Below are positions 1-10,579 of a stretch of 64,000 bases of DNA, piece after piece. The first letter of the stretch is position 1, and the number at the start of each line of letters is the position of its first letter. Position numbers and translations under genes: made by a program. Where the stretch lies: positions 448,001 through 512,000 of the forward strand of contig CAWFFH010000003.1 of the NCBI GenBank assembly GCA_963815095.1, given 5' to 3'. The notes beneath the pieces are model-generated. The model was given only the letters and a program-made list of their open reading frames with translations. It searched no databases and was not told the DNA's origin. The stretch is from Candidatus Bathyarchaeota archaeon (GTDB lineage Archaea; Thermoproteota; Bathyarchaeia; Bathyarchaeales; Bathycorpusculaceae).

Positions 1-1
1 C

Positions 2-268
2 ATGAACAGTTTTTTCAAGAAAATACTGATTATTATCAAGGTTGTGGGTCAAGTTTTGTTCTTGTATGGTTTGCTCGCGTGGCTTTACGGCGTAATTATA
101 CAATTAACTAATCCCAGTTACCTTCCCCTTCCGATATCGCATCTTTTTCTTTGGCTAAGAACTGACACTTTTACCATTGCGATGTTCATTCTAAGCGCTG
201 TGGGCTTCTTTTTTTGGCGAGTGGTCACGGAATTTTTTAAACTACAAGAAAAGAAAGCTAACGCTTAA
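2..268 (+). CDS. small membrane protein, hypothetical (2 TM helices)
   Basis: 88 aa ORF with two hydrophobic segments and a basic C-terminus; may be 5'-truncated by the window edge. Confidence 0.6.
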   Translation: MNSFFKKILIIIKVVGQVLFLYGLLAWLYGVIIQLTNPSYLPLPISHLFLWLRTDTFTIAMFILSAVGFFFWRVVTEFFKLQEKKANA

Positions 269-1125
269 CCACTCCTTTTCTTTCTCAAAGCAAAATAGGC
301 AAACACAGCAACAAAACATCCGACCATAACCACTAAACCCGTAAGAACTCCAACATCTAAAACGGGCTGGGCAGGTTTGGGAAGCGCAGTCGGGGTCGGG
401 GGCATTGGAGTTGGCGTTGGCTCGGCAACTATGAATTTGACGTAGTTGGAGTAGCCAGGGTTTCCTGCAAGATCATTTGCTTGGATGGAAATGCTGTGTT
501 CACCTATGGGTAGATCGGTTAAAGTGGTGTTTTGGGCTGGTAAAGTTACGGTTCTGTTGCTATCAAAGGTAACAGTAAACGGCGCGGTTGGTTCGCTTAA
601 AAAGACGTTTAAGGGAACATCGCCAAAATAGGTTTGGTTGATTTGAGGCGCCTGTACAGTTATGTTTGGAGGGGTTGCATCCAAAACAAAATCGGGCGCC
701 GAGGGGTCGACCGTGAAGTAAATCGTGTCGACGTAGGAGTGAAGGTTACTGAAGATAAAATCTGTGTGCATTGAGATCGACAAGGTGTGCAATCCTTCTG
801 AAAGCTCAAGCAACTGTACCTGTCCGCGAGCTAAGCTAACAACGTGCAGTTCGCGTGGGTTGATAATGGAGAAGGGCATTGGTGCAGTTAGAGTGCCGTC
901 TAGTGTGTAGTTGAGGGACAGGTGCGAACCTATGCCAACTGCAACGGAGTAGTTGAAGAGGATGTTTTTTGTGTTGTATCTTGTGTTGACTGGGCTATAG
1001 ACGGTGACGCCGTCAGAGAGGTAAACTGGCCCCACAATGTTTCCCAAAACAGGTTGAAGCCCAATCAGCAATAAACCAAAAAGAACCACTGTAAACGCGG
1101 TTATCCTGCTTGACTGTCGATTCAT
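265..1125 (-). CDS. secreted/membrane-anchored protein with Ig-like domains
   Basis: Signal peptide, 'DATPPNIT...IQANDLAGN' Ig-like motif, Pro/Thr linker, C-terminal TM and RKKR tail. Confidence 0.75.
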   Translation of the reverse strand: MNRQSSRITAFTVVLFGLLLIGLQPVLGNIVGPVYLSDGVTVYSPVNTRYNTKNILFNYSVAVGIGSHLSLNYTLDGTLTAPMPFSIINPRELHVVSLARGQVQLLELSEGLHTLSISMHTDFIFSNLHSYVDTIYFTVDPSAPDFVLDATPPNITVQAPQINQTYFGDVPLNVFLSEPTAPFTVTFDSNRTVTLPAQNTTLTDLPIGEHSISIQANDLAGNPGYSNYVKFIVAEPTPTPMPPTPTALPKPAQPVLDVGVLTGLVVMVGCFVAVFAYFALRKKRSG

Positions 1126-1246
1126 GATTAACCCTAATTGTTAATGCAACAATCTGACTTTTAGCTCTCCCAGAGGAACAGATTGTTCCCCAAAAAGAAC
1201 ACCTCCACCACTCCAAAAGAAAGATTCAAATTCGATTTCAATAGGC

Positions 1247-2797
1247 TCAGAAAATTATTAGTTTCCCGTTTATGAGCACCATTTCAACATTTATGTCCTT
1301 GATTTTTTCAGGCGCAACCACATACGGGTCCGAGGAAAGAATTGCTAAGTCTGCTAGTTTTCCTTCTTCAATTGAACCCTTCACTTTTTCTTCGCCCGAC
1401 GAGTAAGCTGCATCCAAAGCGTACATACGTAAAGCTTCATCTACACTCAAGCGTTGTTCAGGAAACGCTGCCCGCAAAACAACTTCTTGCACTCCAAGCA
1501 GAGGGCTGAGGGGTTCCATGGGGCAATCGGACCCAGCCACAACCTTCACGCCCGCGTTGAGGAGGGTTTTGAGGGGATGTAACCATCTTGCTCGTTCCAA
1601 ACCGAGACGTTGGGTAGCTGACCAAACTGAAAATTCCGTAGAAATAACCTTGGGCTGAATTGAAACAATCGCTTTCTGTTTTGCAAGACGCTTAACTAAG
1701 CCTTCATTTAATACTGCAGCTTGCTCGATTCGGAAACGAACATTACTTTTTGGGGTTTGATCAATTACGTTTAGGGTAGTGTCGATTGCTCTGTCGCCCA
1801 TCGCCAGTATGATTGGTTGAACCCCAGCCGCCAAAACTTGTCTAACCGAAGCCGCCAACCCTTCCTTAGTGCAGAGTAGTTTGCCGCGATTGTTTGGCTC
1901 GTCACTGTAAGGCTTCTCTAACGCGGCTTCTTTAGAATCCAAGTACCCGTCAGCTGCAATCGTAACGCCGCCAACTCGCAACACTGAAAAATCATTTGTT
2001 TTGAAACCGACTATTTTCTCTAAGAGTTCTATCGGAACTACCACGTTAACTCTGAAAGGCAACCTGCCCATTGCATGCAAATTCTGGATAATTGCAAGCT
2101 CAACTTCAGACAACACCAGCCAATGCACACTGGTTATGCCAGCTTGGGAGATTTTTTGGGACGCTAATGCCGTTGCCTCCAAAAGTTCAGCGCCTGTGGG
2201 TTCAGGAACAGCTTGCCAGATTAAGCTAGTTGCGGCATCTTGGAAGATACCTGTTAATTCGCCTGTTGCGGGGTTTTTATCGATGCCACCGCTTTTAGGC
2301 ATGAGGGTTTGCTTTGTTACACCTGCTAGTTGGAGAGCTTTGGTGTTTACTGCGCAAATCATTGCAGCTTCGTGATAGAGGATAACTGGGTTGTTTGGCG
2401 CAGCTGTATCTAAGTCTGAAGTTGTAGGCATTCGCTTTTCTTTAAAGCGATTCTGATTCCATCCGCGACCAATAATCCACTTGCCCGCAACCACTTGTAC
2501 AACTTTTTCTTTCAGGAGGCTTTGCAAGTCGCCGATGGATGATGCGCTGGTTAAGTCTAGCCACATTAAGCATCTGCCGAAGTCTGCAACGTGTATGTGC
2601 GTGTCGATTAAGCCGGGAATAACTGTTTTCCCTTCAAAGTTTAACACTTTTGTGTTTTCGCCGATTAACTTTGATATTTGTTTGGTGGTCCCGACTTTGA
2701 TAATTTTGTTTTTTGTGATGGCGAGGGCTTGGGCTGTAGGTTGCTTGGGGTTCATTGTTTTGATGTTTGTGTTGATGAGTGCCAAGTCCGCTGACAA
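1247..2797 (-). CDS. amidohydrolase family 3 (YtcJ-like) protein with degenerate metal site
   Basis: PGLIDTHIH, GRGWNQ, AGSDCP, GSIEEGKLADL motifs. Confidence 0.85.
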   Translation of the reverse strand: MSADLALINTNIKTMNPKQPTAQALAITKNKIIKVGTTKQISKLIGENTKVLNFEGKTVIPGLIDTHIHVADFGRCLMWLDLTSASSIGDLQSLLKEKVVQVVAGKWIIGRGWNQNRFKEKRMPTTSDLDTAAPNNPVILYHEAAMICAVNTKALQLAGVTKQTLMPKSGGIDKNPATGELTGIFQDAATSLIWQAVPEPTGAELLEATALASQKISQAGITSVHWLVLSEVELAIIQNLHAMGRLPFRVNVVVPIELLEKIVGFKTNDFSVLRVGGVTIAADGYLDSKEAALEKPYSDEPNNRGKLLCTKEGLAASVRQVLAAGVQPIILAMGDRAIDTTLNVIDQTPKSNVRFRIEQAAVLNEGLVKRLAKQKAIVSIQPKVISTEFSVWSATQRLGLERARWLHPLKTLLNAGVKVVAGSDCPMEPLSPLLGVQEVVLRAAFPEQRLSVDEALRMYALDAAYSSGEEKVKGSIEEGKLADLAILSSDPYVVAPEKIKDINVEMVLINGKLIIF

Positions 2798-2957
2798 GTT
2801 ACTTTTTCTCCATGTTATTGGGGTGTTAATGGGCTAGTTGAATGCTTTAAGTAAAAAGTCTTGCGTTCCCAAGCGCTTTCTACGGTTTTGTGGTTATCTG
2901 CAAAACACATAATAGTTCCAACAGGCGTTTTTTGAATACTAAAGTCGGGGAACCAAC

Positions 2958-4418
2958 GTGAAAGCCCACGTAACACTTGTAAATCCACCATACCCAGTCG
3001 AAGCGCCGCAAGCAATCTTTCTGCCCTTAGGTATTGGTTACTTGACAGCGGTACTGGAAGAACAAGGGTACACCGTAGACGTGGTGGATTGCCAAACAAC
3101 TCATCCAACACAAAAAGAACTAGAAGAGAAGTTTCGCAGTTTAAACCCTAACATTATTGGCGTAACATCCGCCACACTCACGTACAATCCAGCACTCGAC
3201 ATTCTCAAAGCCGCAAAATCGGCGTTGCCAAACGTTTTAACAATGATTGGCGGTCCACATGTCACAGTAATGGATCAAGAAACCTTCACAGAAAGCAACA
3301 ACGTCGACATCGTTGTTCGCAGCGAGGGCGAGCAAACTATGCTGGAACTTGCGCGCCTTGTTTCTGAGGGCAACCTCAAAAACCTCAACCAAGTCTTAGG
3401 CATAACCTTCCAGAGCAACGGCAAAGTGTTCCGCAATCCTGACCGCCCATTCATGGTAGATATTGATTCGCTTCCTTACCCCTCCCATAAACACTTTGAT
3501 GTAGGCAAATACAAAATCCTCAACCGAACCTACCTACCGATAATCACCAGCCGCGGATGTCCCTTCAACTGTGCCTTCTGTGCAGGATACAAAATGTGCG
3601 GCAGAGGCTTCCGAGCACGCAGCCCCAAAAAAGTCGTAGACGAACTCGAGTGGCTGCGTGACGAATTCGGGGGAGGCGCGTTTGCCTTCTACGACGACAC
3701 CTTCACCTTCGATGTGAATAGAGCAATTGCTATCTGCGACGAAATGAAAAAACGCAAGTTCGATTTGCCCTGGGATTGCCGAACAAGAGTCGATAAAGTC
3801 TCCAAAGAACTCTTAACAAAGTTGCGGAACAGCGGCTGCCAACTGGTCCACTTCGGTGTTGAATCGGGCAATCAGCAAATGCTGAATTTGATGCGTAAAG
3901 GCACCACTGTCGAGCAAAACGCCCAGGCCATCAAATGGGCAAAAGAAGCAGGCATATCCGTCGCCATATCATTAGTCATCGGCTACCCCACAGAAACGCC
4001 CGAACAACTGCAGCAAACAATCGACTTCACCTACAAAACCAAACCAGACTACGTTTACATGTGCGAAGCAGTTCCTTACCCTGGTACGGAGCTCTACGAT
4101 TATGCGAAGAGTTTAGGTTTAGAGTTAGCCAAAGATTGGAGCCAATATCACGAGCAAACCCAAGTCTTCGAAAACAAATTATTACCGTTGGAGAAGCTAA
4201 ACCAAACAAAGAAAGACTTCTACGACCACTACCTATCCCCAACTTTCTACCTTCGCAAAAAAATGAAAGGCGACTTCTACAGTCAAATCATGGCACGCAG
4301 CGCCTTAAACCACATCGTTGCAAACAATAGCTTCGCCCGATGGTCATTAAGAAGACTATATCATCCCAAGAAGAGCCCAGGTGGACACAGCACATCCAGC
4401 AAGCAGCAAGGAGCCTAA
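2958..4418 (+). CDS. cobalamin-binding radical SAM enzyme (class B-like)
   Basis: N-terminal B12-binding domain (PLGIGYL, IGGPHVT, EGE); SRGCPFNCAFC; FYDDTF; GVESG. Confidence 0.9.
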   Translation: MKAHVTLVNPPYPVEAPQAIFLPLGIGYLTAVLEEQGYTVDVVDCQTTHPTQKELEEKFRSLNPNIIGVTSATLTYNPALDILKAAKSALPNVLTMIGGPHVTVMDQETFTESNNVDIVVRSEGEQTMLELARLVSEGNLKNLNQVLGITFQSNGKVFRNPDRPFMVDIDSLPYPSHKHFDVGKYKILNRTYLPIITSRGCPFNCAFCAGYKMCGRGFRARSPKKVVDELEWLRDEFGGGAFAFYDDTFTFDVNRAIAICDEMKKRKFDLPWDCRTRVDKVSKELLTKLRNSGCQLVHFGVESGNQQMLNLMRKGTTVEQNAQAIKWAKEAGISVAISLVIGYPTETPEQLQQTIDFTYKTKPDYVYMCEAVPYPGTELYDYAKSLGLELAKDWSQYHEQTQVFENKLLPLEKLNQTKKDFYDHYLSPTFYLRKKMKGDFYSQIMARSALNHIVANNSFARWSLRRLYHPKKSPGGHSTSSKQQGA

Positions 4419-4421
4419 AGT

Positions 4422-5123
4422 TTGGTTTCCATCTCAGGAATTAGATACTTACTCACCCATCCGCATCAACTCAAATGGCTTATTACAAGAGAGATTCATT
4501 TTGGTCAACGGAAAAAAAGCAAACGTAAATGGGTCGAGTGGCAAAAATACGACGCCAATTTGCATATTATCATGATGGAGGAGCACGCTGACATCTTAAG
4601 CGTGAATACCTTAAACGTTGACCGCATCAAAATCTTCAAAGATATAGTCAACGGCATCGGTAGCGGTCTGCGGATTTTGGATGTTGGCTGCGGGGATGGC
4701 GTGATTAGCGAACCACTTGTAAAGATGGGGCATTTTGTTGCAGCGGTAGATTTGCCCACGGTTGCCACTTCTTCTCATAAATGCAATGTTTCTTCTATCA
4801 TGGCAGGTGATGCGGAAACCTTAGCTTTTGGAAACGCAACGTTTGATTTGGTAATTGCATCTGAAGTTCTCGAACACTTGTGGGCGCCTGAGAACTTCAT
4901 AACCGAAGCGTACCGAACACTAAAACCCCGTGGCTACTTGATAATTGAAACCCCCGAAGGAATAGAAGGGTTAAATTATGATTCTCATATGAATTTTTAC
5001 ACAGTTGAAAAATTAGAAAAAATGTTAGGGCCAAAATTCAAAGTGAAAAAAATTGAGCGGTTAGCTGCAACTGGTTCCGCTCAAACGCCAACAATCATTG
5101 TCTTCTTCGAGAAAACCCCTTAG
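4422..5123 (+). CDS. class I SAM-dependent methyltransferase
   Basis: ILDVGCGDG motif I, FDLVIASEVLEH, LKPRGYL; starts 3 bp after the rSAM stop. Confidence 0.85.
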   Translation: MVSISGIRYLLTHPHQLKWLITREIHFGQRKKSKRKWVEWQKYDANLHIIMMEEHADILSVNTLNVDRIKIFKDIVNGIGSGLRILDVGCGDGVISEPLVKMGHFVAAVDLPTVATSSHKCNVSSIMAGDAETLAFGNATFDLVIASEVLEHLWAPENFITEAYRTLKPRGYLIIETPEGIEGLNYDSHMNFYTVEKLEKMLGPKFKVKKIERLAATGSAQTPTIIVFFEKTP

Positions 5124-7642
5124 AGTGGGCTTGGTCGTTGTTTTCCTTTTTTGAGTCTCTGACTAAAATAGGCAAGCGTAATGAGAGCCAGTGCAACAAT
5201 CGCAGCAATGAGTCCAATCACCACAGTTGAAGATGGTGCATTCCCATCTATTACTGGTGGCGAGACAGCTATGTTGGTTATTTGGTCTGCGAAACAATAC
5301 ACGTTCCAGTTGTGGTTTCCAATGTATAGTCTACCGTTGGCGATAGTAGGCGAGGACCAACTGCCTGAGGGGGTTAGGTAGCTGGCAAGTTTTGAGCCGT
5401 TGTTGTTGGCGTCAAGGATGTATACGTGGCGTTGGCTGGTCATCATGTAGATTTTACCATCAGCATACGAAGGCGAAGAGTAGAGTTCGTCACCTGTAAA
5501 GAAGCTCCAGTTTGTTTTTCCATTTGTCGCGTTTATAGATGTCATACTGAACTTGTCAATTATGTATAATTGACCGTTAACGTAGATTGGAGATGAAACA
5601 ATAAATTCGTCTGCGCCTGGGTCACGGAAAGTCCAAACAATTGCGCCAGTCACCGAATTAATACCAAAGTATGTTCGCAGGTCAGCGGATGCAAACACCA
5701 TGCCATTTGCAACGGACGGGGATCCTATCATTTCTGTGCCACCCGTAAATTGATACTCATAGGGTAGTTGCTGTTCCCAAAGTAATGCACCAGTGGCAGC
5801 GTCAAGTTTGTAGAGTGCACCTGAATAGGGTTCTTCTGATGTGAAGTAAACTCCACCGCTGTCAATTGCTGGGGAAGATAAGATGGGCCCGCCTGTAGTG
5901 TAATTCCAAATGATGTTGCCTGTGTTTGCGTCAAGAGCATACATTTTACCATCTAATGAGCCAACATAGACTATCCCGTTTACCACTGCTGGCGAGGACT
6001 TAAGCACAAACGACCCGTAAGTGTAGGGTAAGTCGCCGTTCACAAAGGTCTTCCAATCGAGCATTCCATTGTAAGCGTCTAGGCAGTAAACGTACCCGTC
6101 GTCGCCTCCTGTGTAAACTTTGCCGTTTGAAATGGCGGGAGAGGATACTTGGGAGTCTTGAGTGGTGTAGCTCCAGATGAAGGCGCCGCTGAATGCGCCG
6201 ATGGCGTAGATGTTCTTGTCTTGAGAACCCACGTAGACTATGCCGTTTACAACGCTGGGTGAAGAAATAACGGAGCCGTTGGTTGCGAACGTCCAAGATA
6301 AGGATAGGTTTGTTGGACCCACTTGGGCGGTGGAGGAGTGTGTTGGGTCGGCTCTCCACATGGACCAGTCGCTGATTGGAATGTTGTCGGTGCCTATGGC
6401 CCAAACCTGGTTGAAGCTGTTATATTCGCTTCCTGAAATGGCGTCAACGGCATCAGTTACGGTGCCGGGAATAAGGTAGAGGTGACCATATGCTACGGCC
6501 ACAGATTCTCTTGGAGCCAACGCTTCGATTGGAAGCTTCCAGTTAAGTTGTCCTGTATAAGCGTTCAAGCAGGCGAACTCAGAGGTTCCGACAACGCCGC
6601 CATATTGCGCGATTTCCCCAGTTGTTGCGTAGATTTTGCCGTCTGCAACTGTCGGGTACCCAGGCCAAAGAAGGGTGCCTGGACCTTGATATTTCCATGT
6701 AAGCTGACCCGTTGCTGTGTTGATGGCGTAGAGATTTCCATCTTTGTTGAGTTCATATACATTGCCGTATGCAACCGCCGCACCTGTAGTGAAGTAGCCG
6801 TCAGCTGTGCCTGGCGAATAAATCCACAATATTTTGCCATCAGTCGCGTTGAAACAGTACATCGTGTTGTCGTCAGTTCCTCCCCTAAAAAATTTTCCAT
6901 CAGAATAAGTGCCGTCAAAAATCATTGGACCTTTCGTCAGGGTAGTCCACACAACTGAACCTGTTTTGGCGTTAAGCGCGATTTGCTGGTTCTCAAAAGA
7001 ACCAGGAAAAACCAAGCCACCGCCGTAAGTAGTTCCTATTCCTGTTCTGCCGCCGCCAGGAACATATGTTCTCCAAACTAAAGTTGGCGGCTGTGAGGTG
7101 TCAGCAAAACTCCAGCCTTCAGTGAAGGAGTCAACTTTTATGTAGAACATTTTTTCTTCAGGGCTGTAAACGTTGGCACTGAAAATACCAGTATCCTCGC
7201 AGAAAGCTGAGCTGGTCCAGAGTATTTTGCCTGTTAGCGGGTCAAGGCAGCTGCTTTCTACAACCATGTGAGAATCGTCGATTTTGTAGGCAATGGGCCA
7301 AGTTTTATTCATTGGAATGTCAGTCTTCCATGCTTGCTCTCCGGTTTGTCCGTTCAACGCCACAACGGAGGTGTTTGTGCCTACAAAAATCATCCCGTCA
7401 AAGGCTGAGAGATAAGTTTGGATGCCCGAAACGTTAGCTTTCCAAAGTATGGCTGAGGTATCAGGGGCAGGTCCAGCTGAGAAACGTGAGAAGGAAGAGT
7501 CACCCATGAACTGGGGCCACTCGTATTGGAGCAGATTCGAGTTATTTGATGCTAAATCGACGCTTGCTTGGGCACTTACAAGGTTTGGGTTTGAATGTAA
7601 GGTAACAACTGCTGAAACTGATGAAACAAGCAATAACGCCAA
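5120..7642 (-). CDS. membrane-anchored PQQ-like (BamB-like) tandem beta-propeller protein
   Basis: Many 'SSPAV.NG.VYVGS.DG.MYALDA.TG...W' repeats, signal peptide, C-terminal TM with basic tail; true start may lie slightly upstream. Confidence 0.85.
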   Translation of the reverse strand: MALLLVSSVSAVVTLHSNPNLVSAQASVDLASNNSNLLQYEWPQFMGDSSFSRFSAGPAPDTSAILWKANVSGIQTYLSAFDGMIFVGTNTSVVALNGQTGEQAWKTDIPMNKTWPIAYKIDDSHMVVESSCLDPLTGKILWTSSAFCEDTGIFSANVYSPEEKMFYIKVDSFTEGWSFADTSQPPTLVWRTYVPGGGRTGIGTTYGGGLVFPGSFENQQIALNAKTGSVVWTTLTKGPMIFDGTYSDGKFFRGGTDDNTMYCFNATDGKILWIYSPGTADGYFTTGAAVAYGNVYELNKDGNLYAINTATGQLTWKYQGPGTLLWPGYPTVADGKIYATTGEIAQYGGVVGTSEFACLNAYTGQLNWKLPIEALAPRESVAVAYGHLYLIPGTVTDAVDAISGSEYNSFNQVWAIGTDNIPISDWSMWRADPTHSSTAQVGPTNLSLSWTFATNGSVISSPSVVNGIVYVGSQDKNIYAIGAFSGAFIWSYTTQDSQVSSPAISNGKVYTGGDDGYVYCLDAYNGMLDWKTFVNGDLPYTYGSFVLKSSPAVVNGIVYVGSLDGKMYALDANTGNIIWNYTTGGPILSSPAIDSGGVYFTSEEPYSGALYKLDAATGALLWEQQLPYEYQFTGGTEMIGSPSVANGMVFASADLRTYFGINSVTGAIVWTFRDPGADEFIVSSPIYVNGQLYIIDKFSMTSINATNGKTNWSFFTGDELYSSPSYADGKIYMMTSQRHVYILDANNNGSKLASYLTPSGSWSSPTIANGRLYIGNHNWNVYCFADQITNIAVSPPVIDGNAPSSTVVIGLIAAIVALALITLAYFSQRLKKGKQRPSPL

Positions 7643-7880
7643 GACAAGTGTGACTTTTAGTTTGATTTGCGTTGAGTCTTTGCCCCCAAGAATGAGTGTC
7701 TATGGTTCTATTTCACTATAAACTTTACGGAAACACTAAATTTCTAAGTATTAACTTAAAATTACAGGACAAATTGCAAAGTTGACTAACAAAACCAAAA
7801 AAGCCCGAACCGCACAATCTTTTTTAAGACCAAAGGAACCCTTAAAGTAAACATGATACGGAGCTTGAGGGGATTTTACT

Positions 7881-8960
7881 TTGACAGATGAAGCTGGTCC
7901 ATTACTTATGACTTCTTGGAGATCAACTGGAGCATGCAACGCACGGTGCTTATACTGCAATGTTGATTCAACAGGCAAACATGCACCAAGAGAGATGACA
8001 ACTCAAGAAGCCTTCCATCTAGTCGATGAAGTCAAAAGCTTTGGCGTACGATGGTTTGGCATAAAAGGCGGTGAACCCTTAACACGACCAGACATTTTTG
8101 AAATAGTCACCTACGCCAAAAATAAAGGTTTAAACGTATGTCTCCTGACCAACGGGGTTTTCGTTGACGGAAAAATATATGACAACTTGGTCAAAAACCA
8201 AGTTTGGACATCAGTTAGCATCGATGGACCTGAGGAAATAAACGATCAATTACGCGGGAAAGGTTCATACAAGAAAGCGTTAGCTGCTATAGAAAAATTG
8301 TCTGCAGGCAAAATCCTAAACGGCCTAGCTTGCGCCATCACAACCATTAACTACCAACACTTAGACCATGTTGCTGATTTAGCTGATAAGTATCACGCGA
8401 ATTTTGTTTGGTACAATCATTTAGTGCCCAGTGGAAGGGCAAAGTCAACCATGGAGTTGACACCTACCCCTGAACAGTACGAGTGGGTGCTAAACCACAT
8501 TTGGGATATAACCGAGAAGTATAAGGGCAAATTTGAAGTGCACGTGCACTGTCCACACTTTGCACGAGTTGTAAAACAAAGAATCCCGGAGGACGAGTTT
8601 AACCTCTGGTATAAAAAGGAGTTCCATGGCAAATGCACCTACTTTGCGTTTGGTGGCTACCTTAGCGTTACCGAAAACGGGGATTTAATACCCTGCTTCT
8701 ACACTGACCTGCAACCCTCCGAGCCTATGATGCTCGGAAACATTCGCGATAAAAGCCTAAGTACCGCCTGGAAAGAAATTAAACAATCAACCTATTATAA
8801 CAAATTCCAAGACCGAAACGTGCTGAAAGGGAAATGCGGCGTATGCGAGTACAGAGAAATCTGTGGCGGATGCAGAAACCGAGCCTACGCCTACACGGGC
8901 GATATAACGGAATCTGACCCAGCATGCGCCTACATACCTCTAGCTCTTAGAAAAAAATGA
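7881..8960 (+). CDS. radical SAM/SPASM-domain protein (AhbD/NirJ/PqqE-like)
   Basis: CNARCLYC, GGEPL, SPASM 'GKCGVCEYREICGGCRNRAY...DPAC'. Confidence 0.9.
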   Translation: MTDEAGPLLMTSWRSTGACNARCLYCNVDSTGKHAPREMTTQEAFHLVDEVKSFGVRWFGIKGGEPLTRPDIFEIVTYAKNKGLNVCLLTNGVFVDGKIYDNLVKNQVWTSVSIDGPEEINDQLRGKGSYKKALAAIEKLSAGKILNGLACAITTINYQHLDHVADLADKYHANFVWYNHLVPSGRAKSTMELTPTPEQYEWVLNHIWDITEKYKGKFEVHVHCPHFARVVKQRIPEDEFNLWYKKEFHGKCTYFAFGGYLSVTENGDLIPCFYTDLQPSEPMMLGNIRDKSLSTAWKEIKQSTYYNKFQDRNVLKGKCGVCEYREICGGCRNRAYAYTGDITESDPACAYIPLALRKK

Positions 8961-8971
8961 TTTAAGGTATT

Positions 8972-10366
8972 GTGATGAATGCAACCAAAACAAAAGTAGC
9001 CCTGATAACTCCACCAGTTTTAGAAAAGGTTGCGCATCACCCACTTTTTCCGCCGCTCGGCTTAGCTTACATGGCGGCGGTTCTGGAGCAGAATGGTTTT
9101 GAAGTAAAAATCATTGATTCACCTGTCTTAGATTTTGACCACCAGAAAATCAAAGCGGAACTCGAAGCTTACCAGCCATCTATGGTTGGGATTGGCTCTA
9201 TGACTCCAACTATTGAGTCAGCGCTGAAATGTGCAAAGATAGCAAAAGAAGTTGACCCAGACGCCCAAGTCATAATGGGTGGACCACACGCTACTTTTGC
9301 AGACACAGAAATTTTAACCAACGAGAAAGCTGTCGATGTCATAGTTCGGGGTGAAGGAGAAGAGACAATCGTTGAATTAGCCAAACAAACATCCCTAAAT
9401 GACACAAAAGGGATAAGCTTTCGCAAAAACAACCAAATAATCAAAACAGGCACCCGGCAATTCATCCAAAACCTCGATAATCTACCAAGACCAGCGTACA
9501 AGTATCTTCCAATGAAAAAATACAACATCACAGGACGCAACCTTCTTCCAATCATCAGCAGCAGAGGCTGCCCCTTCCAATGTCCCTTCTGCGTTGCCAC
9601 ACAAATGTTTGGGGCACAGTTCAGAGCCCGAAGCCCAAAAAACGTTCTGGATGAACTAGAATGGCTTAGAGATGAGTATGGTGCGGAAGGCATAGCGTTC
9701 CAAGATGACACATTAACTTTCGATAAAAAACGTACAGTTGACATATGCGACGGCATAATTGAAAGAAAAATCAATTTACCTTGGGGCTGCGGAACCCGCG
9801 CAGACGTAGTTACTAAAGAAGTCTTAGCCAAAATGAGTAAAGCACACTGCAACGAAACTATGTTTGGTGTAGAGGCGGGTTGCCAACGAATGCGTGACGT
9901 ACTCAAAAAGAGGGTTTCAACTGAACAAATTGAGAACGCAATTAAATGGACAAAAGAAGCAGGAATATTTGTGACCGTATCAGTCATTTTGGGTTATCCT
10001 GGCGAAACAAAAGAAACCCTGCAAGAAACACTCGATTTTGTTCGCAAAGTCGAACCCGATGATGTCTGGCTATGCCATGCAACACCATATCCGGGAACTT
10101 GCTTGCGAGAGATTGTTGAGAAGAACGGATGGAAGATGTCGGATAAATGGGAACTCTACAACACTATGAACCCCATCTTTGAGGATCCAGCCTTGCCAGC
10201 TAAAGAAATCGCTGAAATGCGCAAGTGCTTCTACAACAAATTCTACTCCCCAAAGTATATCATGCGGCAAGCAGTGAAAGGATACCTGAAAGGGAATTTG
10301 TATAGCAAAATAATGACCCGAACCGCAGCAAACTATATGCTTTGGCGAGCAAAAACTCGAATTTAA
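8972..10366 (+). CDS. cobalamin-binding radical SAM enzyme (class B-like)
   Basis: PPLGLAYMAA, MGGPHAT, GEGE, SRGCPFQCPFC; paralog of 2958..4418. Confidence 0.9.
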   Translation: MMNATKTKVALITPPVLEKVAHHPLFPPLGLAYMAAVLEQNGFEVKIIDSPVLDFDHQKIKAELEAYQPSMVGIGSMTPTIESALKCAKIAKEVDPDAQVIMGGPHATFADTEILTNEKAVDVIVRGEGEETIVELAKQTSLNDTKGISFRKNNQIIKTGTRQFIQNLDNLPRPAYKYLPMKKYNITGRNLLPIISSRGCPFQCPFCVATQMFGAQFRARSPKNVLDELEWLRDEYGAEGIAFQDDTLTFDKKRTVDICDGIIERKINLPWGCGTRADVVTKEVLAKMSKAHCNETMFGVEAGCQRMRDVLKKRVSTEQIENAIKWTKEAGIFVTVSVILGYPGETKETLQETLDFVRKVEPDDVWLCHATPYPGTCLREIVEKNGWKMSDKWELYNTMNPIFEDPALPAKEIAEMRKCFYNKFYSPKYIMRQAVKGYLKGNLYSKIMTRTAANYMLWRAKTRI

Positions 10367-10579
10367 CTTGTAAACCAAAAAAAGATATTTCTATTTTTTA
10401 AAGGTTTGCTGAGGCTCTGGCGCATTCTTTTTAGGAGAAAAGAAATGCAAATGCTAATTTCGATTGCAATAGGGATAGCACTTGTTAATTTAGCTAAAGC
10501 CTTCTCAGCCCTTATTTTTTCTCTATCAATATTTAGACTAAAAAAGGGGAAGAGATTGATTGACAGGATGTCAAAACCT

